DNA from: an uncultured delta proteobacterium
GTDB lineage: Bacteria > Desulfobacterota > Binatia > UBA9968
Assembly: GCA_963745035.1 (NCBI GenBank)
Contig: CAVUVW010000016.1
Coordinates: forward strand, 160,001-224,000
Length of the DNA: 64,000 nucleotides
Direction: 5' to 3'
Positions 19,407 through 30,378 of this stretch are shown here, in pieces; within the stretch, counting starts at the first letter, position 1, and each line of letters begins with the position of its first letter. A program made the position numbers and the translations under genes. A model generated the notes under the pieces. It did no database searches. It was given only the letters and a program-made list of their open reading frames with translations, and was not told the origin of the DNA.

Positions 19407-22400
19407 TTGGGAGAACTTATGACGGATGGTGCGCAGCGTTCCAGGCAGGATTGGCTGCTTCTCGTCGGCCTGTTTTGCTTTTTTGTCTCCGGCGCGGCGG
19501 GTTTGATCTACCAGGTCGTGTGGACGCGCATGCTCACGCAAATTTTCGGCAACACCACCTACGCCATCGCGACGGTTTTGGCCGCGTTCATGGCGGGTCT
19601 CGCCATCGGCAGCTATCTGTTCGGCCGGATCGCCGATCGCGGCAGGAACGATTTTTTGCTCTACGGCATCCTCGAAGCGGGAGTCGGCGTCTACGGCTTT
19701 CTGGTGCCGTGGATCTTCCTGGTCACGCAGAAACTCTACGGCCCGATTTTCGGACTGAATGAAAGCTATCCGTTTCTCTTCAATCTGGTGCTGTTCTTTC
19801 TCTCGTTCGTACTTCTGGTGTTTCCCACCATGCTGATGGGCGCGACCTTGCCGGTGCTCAGCCGCTTCTTTGTGCGCAGCTTCGCCCAATTCGGCCGGCG
19901 CGTCGGCGATCTCTACGCGACCAACACGCTGGGCGCGGTGATCGGCTGCGCCGGCGCCGGATTTTTTCTGATTCCAACGCTCGGCATGCAAACGACGGTG
20001 TTCGTCGCGGCGGGGGCCAACCTGCTCGTCGCCGCGGTGATTCTGATCGTCGATCGCTTGCGCGACAAGAACGCGGTGGAGGTCGTCGCCGAGCCGGCCG
20101 CCGAAAGGGTCGAAACGTCGGACGCACCGAGCTCCTTAGCGCTGCGCTGGGTGTTGCTGCTCTCGTTTGCGCTCTCGGGTTTCGCGTCGCTGGTCTACGA
20201 GAACGCCTGGACGCGGGCGCTGACTTTGGTGATCGGCAGTTCCGTTTATTCATTTTCGACGATGCTGGTGACGTTTCTCGTCGGTCTGGCGCTCGGCGGA
20301 TTCATCTACGCGCGCGTTCTCGGCCATCGGGAGGCGCGTTTGAGCACGTTCGGCTTGATCGAGCTTTGGGTCGGGCTGGCGGCGCTGGCGACGATTCCGC
20401 TGTTCGAAAGACTGCCGCTGGTCTTCGTGCGCCTGCTGCACGGCTTCGGCGATACCTTCACCGTGTTCTTGTATTTGCAGATTTTCCTCGCAGCCCTGGT
20501 CATGTTCGTGCCGACGGTGCTGCTCGGGATGACCTTCCCGTTGGTGGCGCGATTGTTCACGCAGACTCTTTTCCGCGTCGGCAGCGGGGTCGGGAGCTCC
20601 TACGCGGCCAACACGGTGGGCGCGGTGCTCGGCGCCTTCGCCGGCGGATTCATCCTCATTCCGAATCTCGGCGTGCAGAACACGATCATCTTCGCCGTGG
20701 TCATGAATCTCTTGATCGGCGCTTGGCTGGTGGCGAGCGATCCGAAACTCTCTTTCGTGCTGCGCTACGGTTTCGGTTTGACCGTGCTGGTTCTCGCGCT
20801 CATCGTGCCGCTCAAGATCCGCCGCTGGGATCCGCACATTTTGACGAGCGGCGTGACCATCTACGCGGACCGCTACGAGTCGCTGCCGACCAACTCGCTG
20901 CGCATCGAAGAAATGAGGCGCGATGACGTGCTGTTTTATCGCGAGGGGTTGACCACCACGGTGAGCGTGCACCGCATTCCGGGCAGCGATTACGTCTATT
21001 TCAAGTCGAACGGCAAGATCGACGGCTCCTACGGCGACGCGCTCAGCCAATTGATGACGAGCTATATCGCCATGCTGCTCCATCCGACGGCGGAGACGGC
21101 GCTCACCATCGGCCTGGGCAGCGGCATGTCGGCCAAGGCGCTGGCGACTTTTCCGTCGCTCAAAGAGATCGAGGTGATCGAGATCGAGCCGACGATGATC
21201 GAGGCGAGCAAGTACTTCGACATTGCCTCGGTGAAGCTCGAAAAGCTGCCGGCGGGAGTGGCGTTTCCGCCGGACGGCGAGAGCCGGGTCTGGTACGACG
21301 ACAAGGAAAAGCGTCTCTACTACAAAGGCGTAATGGAGGCCGAGGCCAGGACCGAGCTGATGAAGCGCTCCGAGGACCTAGATTATCGCGGCGCCGTCGA
21401 TCGGCTGTCGCGCAACGCGCGCCATTCGCGCCACTCGAGCGTCCTCGAAGATCCGCGGGTGCGCGTCATTCCCACCGACGGCCGCAACTATATTCTGGCG
21501 ACGCCGAAATATTACGACGTGATCACCGCCGAGCCGTCCAATCCCTGGATCGCCGGCATCGCCAACCTGTACACGCGCGAGTTTTATCAAGTCATCAAGT
21601 CGAAGATCAAAGACGACGGGATTTTCGCCCAGTGGATCCACAACTATTCCATGTCGCCGGACGATTTCCGTATGGTGTTCCGCACCTTCGCCGAGGCGTT
21701 CCCGCACGTTTCGCTGTGGAGCATGAAAGAGAGCGACTTTCTGCTGATCGGCAGCAAGCAGGAGCAGGTCTTCGACTATCCGGCGGTCAAAAAGATTTAC
21801 GACAACAACAAGATGTTGCAGTCCGATCTCGAGTATCTGGGATTGTCCGACGTCTACGCGGTGCAGGGATTTTTTCGGATGAACCGCGAAAACTTTCTCG
21901 CGTTTTCCAAGGGCGCGGCGATCAACACCGACGACGGCGCGGAGCTGGAGTTCTCCGCGCCGAAAAACCTGCGGCGCGCGACCACCGAACTCAACCGGCG
22001 CATCATGGCGCCGTTTCTCGTCGATAATCCGCCCTGGCTCAAGTCCGGCGCGCTGCCGGTGCCCCAGGCGATGCACCACTTCTACATGGCGCAGGCCTAC
22101 GCGGCGAGCTTGGCGCGCAACCGCGCGTTGAAAGAGGTCGAGGAGGCGATCCGGCTGGAGCCCAAGAACCCGAAGTTTCATCTGCTAAAGATGCGGCTCT
22201 TATTGGAGCAGGACAAGAGCGCGGACGGCGCTAAGGAAGCCTTTGCGGCGCTCGCAAGCGGGCCGCAGTATATCCCGGATGTTTTGGCGATGAGCGACGA
22301 ATTCTATCTGCCCGAAGCTCAGGCCGTTTACCGCAAGACCATCGAGATGGGCAACAAAGACGTGCTGCCGTATCTCGGTTTGGGCAACATCGCGCTGCAC

Positions 22401-22847
22401 GGCGGCAACGTGTCGGAAGCCGAAAAATGGTTTGTTCAAGCTCGGGAACTGCAAGCCGAGCACCCCGCCGTCTTGCTTGCATGGGGCCGTTTGACCGCGG
22501 CAAAAGCGCAGAAGCTCACCGATGACGCCGAGGCCAAGAAACAGCTCCAGCAGGCTCGAACTTTGCTGGAGAAAGCCCAGGCCAAGGGCGAGGAGTCGGC
22601 TACCATCTACACGGAACTGGGCGCGGTCTATTATCGGCTCGCCATGTGGGAGAAGGCGGCGGAAGCCTACGGCGAAGCTTTGCGCATGCGCCGGCGGCGC
22701 AACGACTTGCGTTTTTCCCTCGGGCAGGCGTATGCCCAGTTGGGAAGAACCGCCGAGGCAGAGCAGAAGTATCGGGAAATTCTCGCGCTCTCTCCCGACG
22801 ATGCCGAGGCGTTGAAGGCGCTTCAGGATTTGGGCAAGAGATATTAA
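19407..22847 (+). CDS. Fused MFS-like membrane domain / spermidine-synthase-like SAM domain / C-terminal TPR protein
   Basis: Duplicated SG.A.L.Y...W.R.L..GST and YA.NT.GAV TM repeats, IGLGSG, EIEP, DGRNYI, YDVITAEPSNPW, TPR helices at the C-terminus. Confidence 0.9.
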   Translation: MGELMTDGAQRSRQDWLLLVGLFCFFVSGAAGLIYQVVWTRMLTQIFGNTTYAIATVLAAFMAGLAIGSYLFGRIADRGRNDFLLYGILEAGVGVYGFLVPWIFLVTQKLYGPIFGLNESYPFLFNLVLFFLSFVLLVFPTMLMGATLPVLSRFFVRSFAQFGRRVGDLYATNTLGAVIGCAGAGFFLIPTLGMQTTVFVAAGANLLVAAVILIVDRLRDKNAVEVVAEPAAERVETSDAPSSLALRWVLLLSFALSGFASLVYENAWTRALTLVIGSSVYSFSTMLVTFLVGLALGGFIYARVLGHREARLSTFGLIELWVGLAALATIPLFERLPLVFVRLLHGFGDTFTVFLYLQIFLAALVMFVPTVLLGMTFPLVARLFTQTLFRVGSGVGSSYAANTVGAVLGAFAGGFILIPNLGVQNTIIFAVVMNLLIGAWLVASDPKLSFVLRYGFGLTVLVLALIVPLKIRRWDPHILTSGVTIYADRYESLPTNSLRIEEMRRDDVLFYREGLTTTVSVHRIPGSDYVYFKSNGKIDGSYGDALSQLMTSYIAMLLHPTAETALTIGLGSGMSAKALATFPSLKEIEVIEIEPTMIEASKYFDIASVKLEKLPAGVAFPPDGESRVWYDDKEKRLYYKGVMEAEARTELMKRSEDLDYRGAVDRLSRNARHSRHSSVLEDPRVRVIPTDGRNYILATPKYYDVITAEPSNPWIAGIANLYTREFYQVIKSKIKDDGIFAQWIHNYSMSPDDFRMVFRTFAEAFPHVSLWSMKESDFLLIGSKQEQVFDYPAVKKIYDNNKMLQSDLEYLGLSDVYAVQGFFRMNRENFLAFSKGAAINTDDGAELEFSAPKNLRRATTELNRRIMAPFLVDNPPWLKSGALPVPQAMHHFYMAQAYAASLARNRALKEVEEAIRLEPKNPKFHLLKMRLLLEQDKSADGAKEAFAALASGPQYIPDVLAMSDEFYLPEAQAVYRKTIEMGNKDVLPYLGLGNIALHGGNVSEAEKWFVQARELQAEHPAVLLAWGRLTAAKAQKLTDDAEAKKQLQQARTLLEKAQAKGEESATIYTELGAVYYRLAMWEKAAEAYGEALRMRRRRNDLRFSLGQAYAQLGRTAEAEQKYREILALSPDDAEALKALQDLGKRY

Positions 22848-22872
22848 TTGCCTGCGCCGCCCGCGGCGCGCA

Positions 22873-22905
22873 GGGCCTCCGGCAAACCGCCGGGGGCCTT
22901 TTTTT
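22873..22905 (+). terminator. Intrinsic terminator
   Basis: ggcctccgg-caaaccg-ccgggggcc followed by 7 T. Confidence 0.8.
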
Positions 22906-23084
22906 GTCTCGGAATCCGCGATGGCGTCCCGCAGGGAGCAATCCTTCCGTCGTGCAGACCGTGTCTTTATGGGGAAGCAATGCCGCGCGCCAGGGGCGCA
23001 CTGCGAAACTCAGCCAAGCGCTTTGAAGTTGGCGCGCGGACCAATTATGCTGGCCGCACTTGTTCCTTGCCCAGGAGGTTTCCA

Positions 23085-23901
23085 GTGTTGACGGAAAAAA
23101 TTGGCGTCATCGGCGCGGGCAAGATCGGTTGCGCGATCGCCCGCGGCGTCATTCAAGCGGGTTTGGCCGGCAAAGAGAACGTCATGGCGAGCGACGTGAG
23201 CGAGGCGCTGCGCCAAGCGATTGCCCATGATCTCGGCGTCAAAACGACGGCCGACAATCGCGAGCTCTGCGACTTTGCGGATATTATCGTCTTGGCGGTC
23301 AAGCCGCAGGTGGTCGATTCCGTGGCACGGGAGATTGCCAAGAAGATCGGCAAAGCGAAATTGCTGGTTTCGGTGGCCGCGGGGGTGCCGCTCACGCGCA
23401 TCGAAACGCACCTCGAGCCAGGCGCGCGGGTGGTGCGCGTCATGCCCAACATCGCCTGCGTCGTCGGCGCCGGCGCGGCCGGTTATGCGCTCGGGCGCGC
23501 ACGCCACTGCGGCGGATCTGGAGAAGGTTGGCGCACTGCTCAACAGCTTCGGCGTCGGCATGGCGGTTGAGGAAAATTATCTCGACGCGGTCACCGGGCT
23601 GAGCGGCAGCGGTCCGGCTTATGTTTTTCTTTTCATCGAGGCGCTGGCCGACGGTGGCGTGCAGATGGGGCTCACGCGCGAGGTCGCGCTCAAGCTCGCG
23701 ATGCAGACGGTGTATGGCGCCGCCAAGATGGCGCTGGAAAGCAAGAAGCACCTCGGCGAATTGAAAGACGAGGTTACCTCGCCCGGCGGGACCACCATCG
23801 CCGGCCTGTACGCCATGGAGCAAAGAGGCTTCCGCGGCACCGTAATGGACGGCGTCGTCGCCGCCACCAAGCGATCCCAAGAATTGGGCAAGAGATCGTA
23901 G
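23085..23901 (+). CDS. proC: Pyrroline-5-carboxylate reductase (one frameshift near 23492)
   Basis: AGGAGG + GTG start. IGVIGAGKIG, LAVKPQ, SVAAGV and RVMPN, then in the shifted frame TGLSGSGPAY and VTSPGGTTIAG. Confidence 0.93.
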
Positions 23902-24139
23902 ATTTTTGCCAGATCCTCAGTCAGTGATGTGCCGGGTTGATGAAGTGTTCCAGCGGGGAGGCTGGCGCAGCCTTTGGTGCCCTGGAGCTGAACGGCCGTC
24001 CTGCAGCTCTCCGTTAATTTAGGTTTCTCGCCGGTTACAATCGGACGATCATCGCGCATTGCCGGCTATTTTACTGAAACATAGGGCCGGCCATGTGGCA
24101 TATTACGCAGCCGGATGTAAGGTGATAAAAAATTAGCAA

Positions 24140-25972
24140 GTGAAGCGCCTCGGTCTTGTTGTCATGGTGCTGGCCGGCCTTTCCATTTTCTCGCAGAGCG
24201 TTTTGGCTGCCGTGATCGCTGACCTCGATCCGGCCAAGCAGTGGAAAACGGCGCGCATCGAGTTTTCCGGAGATGAAAAATTTTCCGAGGACGCGTTGCG
24301 CGGTGTCATTGTGACCAAACAGCGGCCATGGTTTCGTTTTTGGGAGGATCTCCCGGAGTTCGAGCCGGTCACCTTCGAGACCGATCTCGAACGTTTAAGG
24401 CGCTACTACGAATCGCGGGGTTACTATGAAGCCGCGATTACCTACGATCTCGAGATCAACTCGGAAGCCAATTCGGTAGTGGTGCGCATTTCCGTGCGCG
24501 AAGGCGAGCCGGTTCTGATCGGCGCCATCGACGTCCAAGTTGCGTTGCAGACGCCCGAGCAAAAGCCTCCTCCGCTACCCGAACAGTTGCCCGTCAAACG
24601 CGGCGACGTTTTTCGCGAGACTGAGTACCAGCAGAGCGAGCAGGTCTTGCGCAATTCGCTCCTGGATGGTGGCTATGCCCACGCGCAAAGCGAGCGGCAC
24701 GCGGAAGTCGAGTTAGCGGAACGACTCGCCCGCATTCGTTACGGCTTGCGGCCTGGTCCCATCACGTTCTTCGGCGACACCACGATCAAAGGCTTGCAAA
24801 AGGTCGAACCGGAGCTGATTGAGCGCGAAATCCAATATGAACCAGGTGAAATGTATTCCCTTAAAAAGGTCACGCAGACGCGTGAAAAGTTACTGGCCCT
24901 GGATCTCTTCGGCACAGTCCGTGTGGCCCCCGCGCAGACACAAGGGACCCCCACCACTGTGCCGATGGAAGTCGAGGTGTCGGAAAAAGCTTATCGGGAA
25001 ATCCGCCTCGCGCTCGGCTACGGCACCGAGGACGAGTTTCGTACTCAACTGGAGTGGCGTCACCGAAATTGGCTCGGCGGCGGCAGGCGGCTTTCGGCGC
25101 AGGTTAAATACTCTTCGATTCTCGTGACAGGCGCGACTGAACTGGTGCAACCGCATTTTTTTACGCCGCACACGCAGGGCGCGCTGAGGGTCAGCCATGA
25201 CCAGGAGAAGGAAGAAACCTACCTCCGCAATGTGACACGATTTTCGCCCCGCGTGGATCACCGCTTCTCGCCCGCATGGACGGCTTTTCTTGGCTACCGA
25301 GTCGAGTACGACAAGCTCAACAAGATCTCTACCGCCACCCAGGAGGCGCTCGGCGATATTCGCCGCGACGGCATTGTCTCCGGGCCAATGGCAGGAGTGG
25401 TGTGGAATACTTCCGACGATCCTTTTAATCCGAAAAAGGGTCACGTGGTCTCGCTGACGGTCGACCAGGCAGGGGCGATTTGGGGCGGGCAATATAGCTT
25501 TTACAAGATTACGGGCGAGGCAAAAAAGTACTTTGACATCGGTTGGAGCACGGTGTTTGCGGCACGTCTAAAGCTCGGTTTGGCGGACGCCATCGGTGCC
25601 GAGAAAAACTTGCCGTTATTTGAACGGTTCTTCTCGGGCGGTGATAAAAGCGTGCGCGGTTACGGGCGGCGCCGGCTCGGACCGCTAGACTCCGACGACG
25701 ATCCCATCGGCGGGCTCAGTCTCGTGGAAGGTTCGCTCGAATTTCGCCGCCCGCTATGGAAGGAACTCAGCGGCGCGCTCTTCCTCGATTTCGGCCAGGT
25801 CTCGAGGCGCTCCTTCGATCCTCCTGTCGATAATTTGCGCTTTTCCTCGGGCTTCGGTTTGGCCTATTCAACCCCTGTCGGGCCGGTCAGACTGGACGTG
25901 GGCTTTCCTTTCAAGCCGCCGCGCGGCGACCCATCCTGGCAGGTTCACTTCAGCATTGGAGCTTACTTTTAG
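24140..25972 (+). CDS. tamA: TamA/BamA-family (Omp85) outer-membrane protein
   Basis: Signal peptide, POTRA-like repeats, RFFSGGDKSVRGY, TPVGPVRLD, C-terminal FSIGAYF. Abuts tamB. Confidence 0.88.
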   Translation: MKRLGLVVMVLAGLSIFSQSVLAAVIADLDPAKQWKTARIEFSGDEKFSEDALRGVIVTKQRPWFRFWEDLPEFEPVTFETDLERLRRYYESRGYYEAAITYDLEINSEANSVVVRISVREGEPVLIGAIDVQVALQTPEQKPPPLPEQLPVKRGDVFRETEYQQSEQVLRNSLLDGGYAHAQSERHAEVELAERLARIRYGLRPGPITFFGDTTIKGLQKVEPELIEREIQYEPGEMYSLKKVTQTREKLLALDLFGTVRVAPAQTQGTPTTVPMEVEVSEKAYREIRLALGYGTEDEFRTQLEWRHRNWLGGGRRLSAQVKYSSILVTGATELVQPHFFTPHTQGALRVSHDQEKEETYLRNVTRFSPRVDHRFSPAWTAFLGYRVEYDKLNKISTATQEALGDIRRDGIVSGPMAGVVWNTSDDPFNPKKGHVVSLTVDQAGAIWGGQYSFYKITGEAKKYFDIGWSTVFAARLKLGLADAIGAEKNLPLFERFFSGGDKSVRGYGRRRLGPLDSDDDPIGGLSLVEGSLEFRRPLWKELSGALFLDFGQVSRRSFDPPVDNLRFSSGFGLAYSTPVGPVRLDVGFPFKPPRGDPSWQVHFSIGAYF

Positions 25973-28900
25973 ATGGACAGACTGCGGCGCATCATAAAAT
26001 GGTTCTTTGTCGGCGCTGCCGTGCTGCTTTTTCTGGTAGTCGCTGCAGTGGTGATCTACACGCGCAGCGAACATTTTACCCGCTGGCTCCGCGAGGAGGC
26101 GGTGGCGGCCGTCAACAGTGCGATCCGTGGCTCGATCAGCATAGAGCGGTTGGAAGGCTCGGTATGGCGCGACGTGACGCTCCACAATGTCGCGCTGAGC
26201 TACGAGAACGTCGAGGTCCTTACGATTCCCCGGGTGGCAATCTCCTTTTCGTTGTGGCGCCTGCTCTGGCGCGAATTGCGGATTTCCCAAATCGACGGGC
26301 TCAAGCCGCGGGCCGACTTGCGGCAGGACGATGAAGGCAGTTGGAACGTCGTCGAGGCCCTGGCGCCGCGCCAGCCCGAGCCCGAGCAGAGCTCGGCTTT
26401 CACCACCGTGGTGCGCTCGCTGCGCCTGCGTGAGGCGGGCATCGATCTGCGCATCGCCGGCAAGCAAGAGAAACTTTATCGCGCGCGCAATCTCAATCTC
26501 GAAGCCGGTCTCGGCCTGCTTCCTGGAGGCGTCAGCCTCGAAATACGCGAGCTGGCCTCAGGCCTCGCGTCCGAGGGCCTGCCGAATCTGAATCTGAAGG
26601 GCGCGCTCGACTACCGGCAGCTCACTGGGGCGCCGCCGACTTTTAAATTCAACGATCTCTGGGCGGTCAGCCACAACTCGCGAATCAAGCTCGACGGGGA
26701 AATCGTTCAGGGCGGCGTGCTGCAGGTCAAAGCGCGGGCGCGCATCGACAAGCTGGCCCCCGCCGATCTCGCCTACTTCGTTTCCGACTGGCCGCTTCGG
26801 CGCGATCTCGCGGGGGAATTTAACGTGACGGGCGCGCTCGATGATCTCCACGGCAACGTGACTTTGACCGGCGCGGGCGCCAAGCTGTTAGCTCGGTTGC
26901 GCGCCAACGTGGAGCAGAGCCCGCCGCGCTACAGCGCGACTCTGACGATCGCGGGTTTCGATCTGCGCCAGTGGCTGGCGCAAAAGGATTTGGCCGGAGT
27001 TGTCGCCGGCAATTTGGAAGCGCGCGGTAACGGCTTCGCGCTGAATGATATTGCGGCCAAGACCGATTTCGAGGTGCGCTCCGCGGAAATCCAAGGGTGG
27101 ACGCTGGGCAACGTGGCGCTGCAGGGGCGCCTGGAAAAAAGCGTGGCGGTTGTCGACGGCCGTCTCGACGGCAAAGCCGGCGCGGCGAACTGGTCGGGGA
27201 AGATCGGGCTGCAGGGCAAACGCCCGACCTACGAAGCAGCGATCGCGCTCAAAGATTTCGACCCGGGGGCCGCCAGCGGCGACAGCTCTGCTTTAAAGGG
27301 AAAGCTCAACCTGCAGGGAACCGTGGAGGGAGCCGGATTGAGTCTTGCCGAAATGAACACGCGGGCGGACGTGCGCGTGCTGCCGTCGTCGGTCGGGTCG
27401 ATAAACGTGACGGACGGGCGCGTCGAAGCGGCGCTGCGCGATCGCCGTCTTGCAATTGCGCGCGCCTCGCTGCGGACGGCAGAATCGATCCTCACGGTGA
27501 ACGGCGAGCTCGGCATCGATCGCGGCAGCGCGGGAAAAGTTGTCTACCGCTTCCAGTCTGCCGACGTTGCGCCTTGGCTGCAGCTGGCAAATCACAAAGG
27601 AAGCGGCTCAATCAACGTTGCCGGCCAGGCGCGCGGCAACCTTGCCGACATCGAAACTCAAGGCATGATTCAAGTGGCCGGTTTGAAAGCCGCAGGCGTT
27701 GCGGTCAAAAACGGCGATGTCAATTATACCTTGCGCGGCGCGGCCGATGGGACGTTTCCGGAAGGTGTCGTAACGTTAAAGGTGACCGACTTCGATGCCG
27801 GGCTTGCCCTTCGTCGCCTCGATGGGAGAGCGACCCTCGCGCGTACGCCCGCGCAGTCGATCGATCTCGATTTCACCGCCCAGGATCGCGCTGATCGCAA
27901 GCATGCGCTCAAGGGCCAGCTCAGTTTTGCTCCCGAGGGGGCGGTCCTGCGGGTCAACCAGCTCTCTGCTACCGCGCCGGACGGCGCCTGGCGGCTTGTC
28001 CGTCCGGCAACCTTGAGCCAGCGCGGCGACACTTTCGTGATCGAACAACTGTCGCTCCGCAACGGCGAGCGCGCGATCAATCTCGACGGCCAACTCGGCT
28101 TCGCCGGCAAGCAGGACCTGCGGCTCGAAGTCGATCGGCTGCCACTGGAAACGCTATCCGCATTCATGTCACAGCCGCCTAAGATGTCGGGCGTTATCAA
28201 CATGACGGCGCGGATCAGCGGCACGGCGGCAGCACCGGAAATCACTTCCAGCTTGAAGCTGAGCGATCCGACGATCGCCGGACAGGCTTATGCGGGGGCT
28301 ATGGCCGAAATTCATTACAGGGAACGTGCAGCCGCGATACGGATGACGGTTCAGCAGGATACGACCCATTCGCTCACGGCAAACGGTACCCTGCCATATG
28401 TCTTGAGCTGGCACGAGAAGTTCCGCGTCGAACCGGCCGAAGGCATGGATATCCGAGTGCAGAGCGACGGCTTAAGCATAGCTTTCTTGAATGCATTCGC
28501 AGGCAAGGCCGTCGGAAATGTCCGCGGCGATATCGCGCTCGACGTCCGTGCGCAAGGCTCGATCAAGCAGCCTGATTTTCGCGGTACTTTCCGCTTGCGC
28601 GACGGCAGTCTCAAAGTCGTGCCGCTAAACGTCGACGTCAATGCGCTCACGATCAGCGGCGGTTTGGATTCCGGACAGCTGATCGTGAGCGACATTTCGG
28701 CCAAGGCGAAAGATGGCGAAATTCGCGGCAACGGGTCATTGGCGCTCAAACAATTCGATGTGAGCGCAGTGAAGCTCTCACTGACCGCTCAGCGCTGGCC
28801 GGCAATCGATACGGTGCGCTACCAAATAAGGATCGGCGGCAAAGTAGACGTTGAGGGAAGCCTTCTAGCGCCGGCGGTCAAAGGGCAGGTCGTAATCACT

Positions 28901-29776
28901 GAAGGTTTATTGCGTCCCGATTTGAACTTCTTGGAGCAAAGCAAGGCGCCGACCAAGCGCGACGAGACCATTGTCGTCATCAGGGGCGATCGCACTCAAG
29001 GGCAAACGGCGCAGGCCGGTGCCGAGAACAACGGCGCAAAGGAAGACAGCGATCTGTTTAACAATCTCACCCTGGACCTGGCGATGCGTGCCCCTGGGAA
29101 TCTATTGGTGCGCCACCCGGATCTCACCGCCGAACTTTCCGGCGACATCAAAGTTTCAAAGGCGCGACAGCGAAATATCGATATAAGCGGCCACGTCGAT
29201 GTCGTGCGGGGCTCTTTCGCTTTTCAAGGGCGTCGATTTCAATTAGTTCGCGGCAGGGCGGCGTTTACCGGCGGCGACAAAATCAATCCGTCGCTCGATA
29301 TTGTTGCGCAATATAAGGTGCCCAACTACCAAGTGGAGGTCCATATTTCAGGGTCAGCGGAAAAACCGAATTTGACTCTGACGAGCCAACCTCCCTTGGA
29401 GCAAGCCGACGTTCTCGCGTTGATTCTGTTTGGCAAGCCGCTCAATAGCTTGAGCCAAAATGAACAGGCCTCGTTACAGCAAAGCGCAGTCAATCTGGCG
29501 AGCGGCTTCATTGCCGCAAGCATCGCTAAGTCGGTTGCCAACGCGCTCGGACTGGAAAGTTTGGGGTTCGATGAGCTCGACTTTAGCGGCGACCGCGTCG
29601 GTTTGGGCCGCTATATCGGCTCCAGGACTCACGTTTCGGCCTCCCAACAGCTCACCGAAGAACACCGACAAGAGGTCACTCTAGAATATGAGATCGCTCC
29701 CAATTGGAAGATCGGCACGACTACAACGAGCACCGGCGACAGCGGCATCGATATTATTTGGCATAAAAGATACTAG
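25973..29776 (+). CDS. tamB: Translocation/assembly module TamB (AsmA-like, DUF490 C-terminus)
   Basis: N-terminal TM anchor, 1267 aa beta-rich, C-terminal NPSLDI..P.LTLTSQPPLEQADVLALILFG..GRYI..WHKRY. ATG directly follows the tamA stop. Confidence 0.9.
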   Translation: MDRLRRIIKWFFVGAAVLLFLVVAAVVIYTRSEHFTRWLREEAVAAVNSAIRGSISIERLEGSVWRDVTLHNVALSYENVEVLTIPRVAISFSLWRLLWRELRISQIDGLKPRADLRQDDEGSWNVVEALAPRQPEPEQSSAFTTVVRSLRLREAGIDLRIAGKQEKLYRARNLNLEAGLGLLPGGVSLEIRELASGLASEGLPNLNLKGALDYRQLTGAPPTFKFNDLWAVSHNSRIKLDGEIVQGGVLQVKARARIDKLAPADLAYFVSDWPLRRDLAGEFNVTGALDDLHGNVTLTGAGAKLLARLRANVEQSPPRYSATLTIAGFDLRQWLAQKDLAGVVAGNLEARGNGFALNDIAAKTDFEVRSAEIQGWTLGNVALQGRLEKSVAVVDGRLDGKAGAANWSGKIGLQGKRPTYEAAIALKDFDPGAASGDSSALKGKLNLQGTVEGAGLSLAEMNTRADVRVLPSSVGSINVTDGRVEAALRDRRLAIARASLRTAESILTVNGELGIDRGSAGKVVYRFQSADVAPWLQLANHKGSGSINVAGQARGNLADIETQGMIQVAGLKAAGVAVKNGDVNYTLRGAADGTFPEGVVTLKVTDFDAGLALRRLDGRATLARTPAQSIDLDFTAQDRADRKHALKGQLSFAPEGAVLRVNQLSATAPDGAWRLVRPATLSQRGDTFVIEQLSLRNGERAINLDGQLGFAGKQDLRLEVDRLPLETLSAFMSQPPKMSGVINMTARISGTAAAPEITSSLKLSDPTIAGQAYAGAMAEIHYRERAAAIRMTVQQDTTHSLTANGTLPYVLSWHEKFRVEPAEGMDIRVQSDGLSIAFLNAFAGKAVGNVRGDIALDVRAQGSIKQPDFRGTFRLRDGSLKVVPLNVDVNALTISGGLDSGQLIVSDISAKAKDGEIRGNGSLALKQFDVSAVKLSLTAQRWPAIDTVRYQIRIGGKVDVEGSLLAPAVKGQVVITEGLLRPDLNFLEQSKAPTKRDETIVVIRGDRTQGQTAQAGAENNGAKEDSDLFNNLTLDLAMRAPGNLLVRHPDLTAELSGDIKVSKARQRNIDISGHVDVVRGSFAFQGRRFQLVRGRAAFTGGDKINPSLDIVAQYKVPNYQVEVHISGSAEKPNLTLTSQPPLEQADVLALILFGKPLNSLSQNEQASLQQSAVNLASGFIAASIAKSVANALGLESLGFDELDFSGDRVGLGRYIGSRTHVSASQQLTEEHRQEVTLEYEIAPNWKIGTTTTSTGDSGIDIIWHKRY

Positions 29777-29782
29777 CGCCGC

Positions 29783-30367
29783 CTATTTCCTTCGCCAGCT
29801 GCCGCTTCCGTCTTGAATCCACCAGCCCGGGCGCGCCTGGTCGATCCAGCTCTTGGCGAAGATGGCTTTGATTTTCGGGATGCTGTCTTTGTCGATGTTG
29901 TTGGCTTTGGCGATCTCGGCGTAGAGCGCCTCGCGATCGCGATTCTCCGCGTCGAGCGACTGCTGCGCCTCGGCGCGCTCTTTGAGATTCAAGCCGTCGG
30001 CGTTGCGCAGCGCGAGCAGACCGTCGCGGCCGATGCCGATGTTGCCGCGGTCCATATACGGCTTGAGTGTTTCGCTGCGCTGTTTGATCGAGTCTTTCAA
30101 GGCGCGGATGGCCGGATTGGAAACATTGATATCGGCTTCCTGCGCGTGCGCCGCGCGCATCAAGCCCCATGACAGCTTCGGTGCCGGCGTGGTCGAACGG
30201 CGGCTCTGCGGCGCGGGAGTCGTCTTGTCCGCTTCAGCCGGGCCACCCCAGGTCTCCTTGACGATTTGATCGGCGGCGCGCTCGACCGCCGCGGCCGGAA
30301 AATAGATGTTCACGGTTACACAGGCGCTGTAAAAAAACACGGTCAAAAACAAAGTTCGCTTCAACAT
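29783..30367 (-). CDS. YdbL (DUF1318) family lipoprotein with YnbE-like N-terminus
   Basis: Lipobox-like YSAC then VTVNIYFP, ENRDREALYAEIA and ARPGWWIQ motifs. Follows a YdbH-like gene. Confidence 0.8.
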   Translation of the reverse strand: MLKRTLFLTVFFYSACVTVNIYFPAAAVERAADQIVKETWGGPAEADKTTPAPQSRRSTTPAPKLSWGLMRAAHAQEADINVSNPAIRALKDSIKQRSETLKPYMDRGNIGIGRDGLLALRNADGLNLKERAEAQQSLDAENRDREALYAEIAKANNIDKDSIPKIKAIFAKSWIDQARPGWWIQDGSGSWRRK

Positions 30368-30378
30368 GCTTCCTCCCA

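Noticed and set aside
23085-23901. proC as a true pseudogene or programmed frameshift
   Set aside because: A single extra G in a short run with all motifs intact, consistent with the window-wide indel error pattern.
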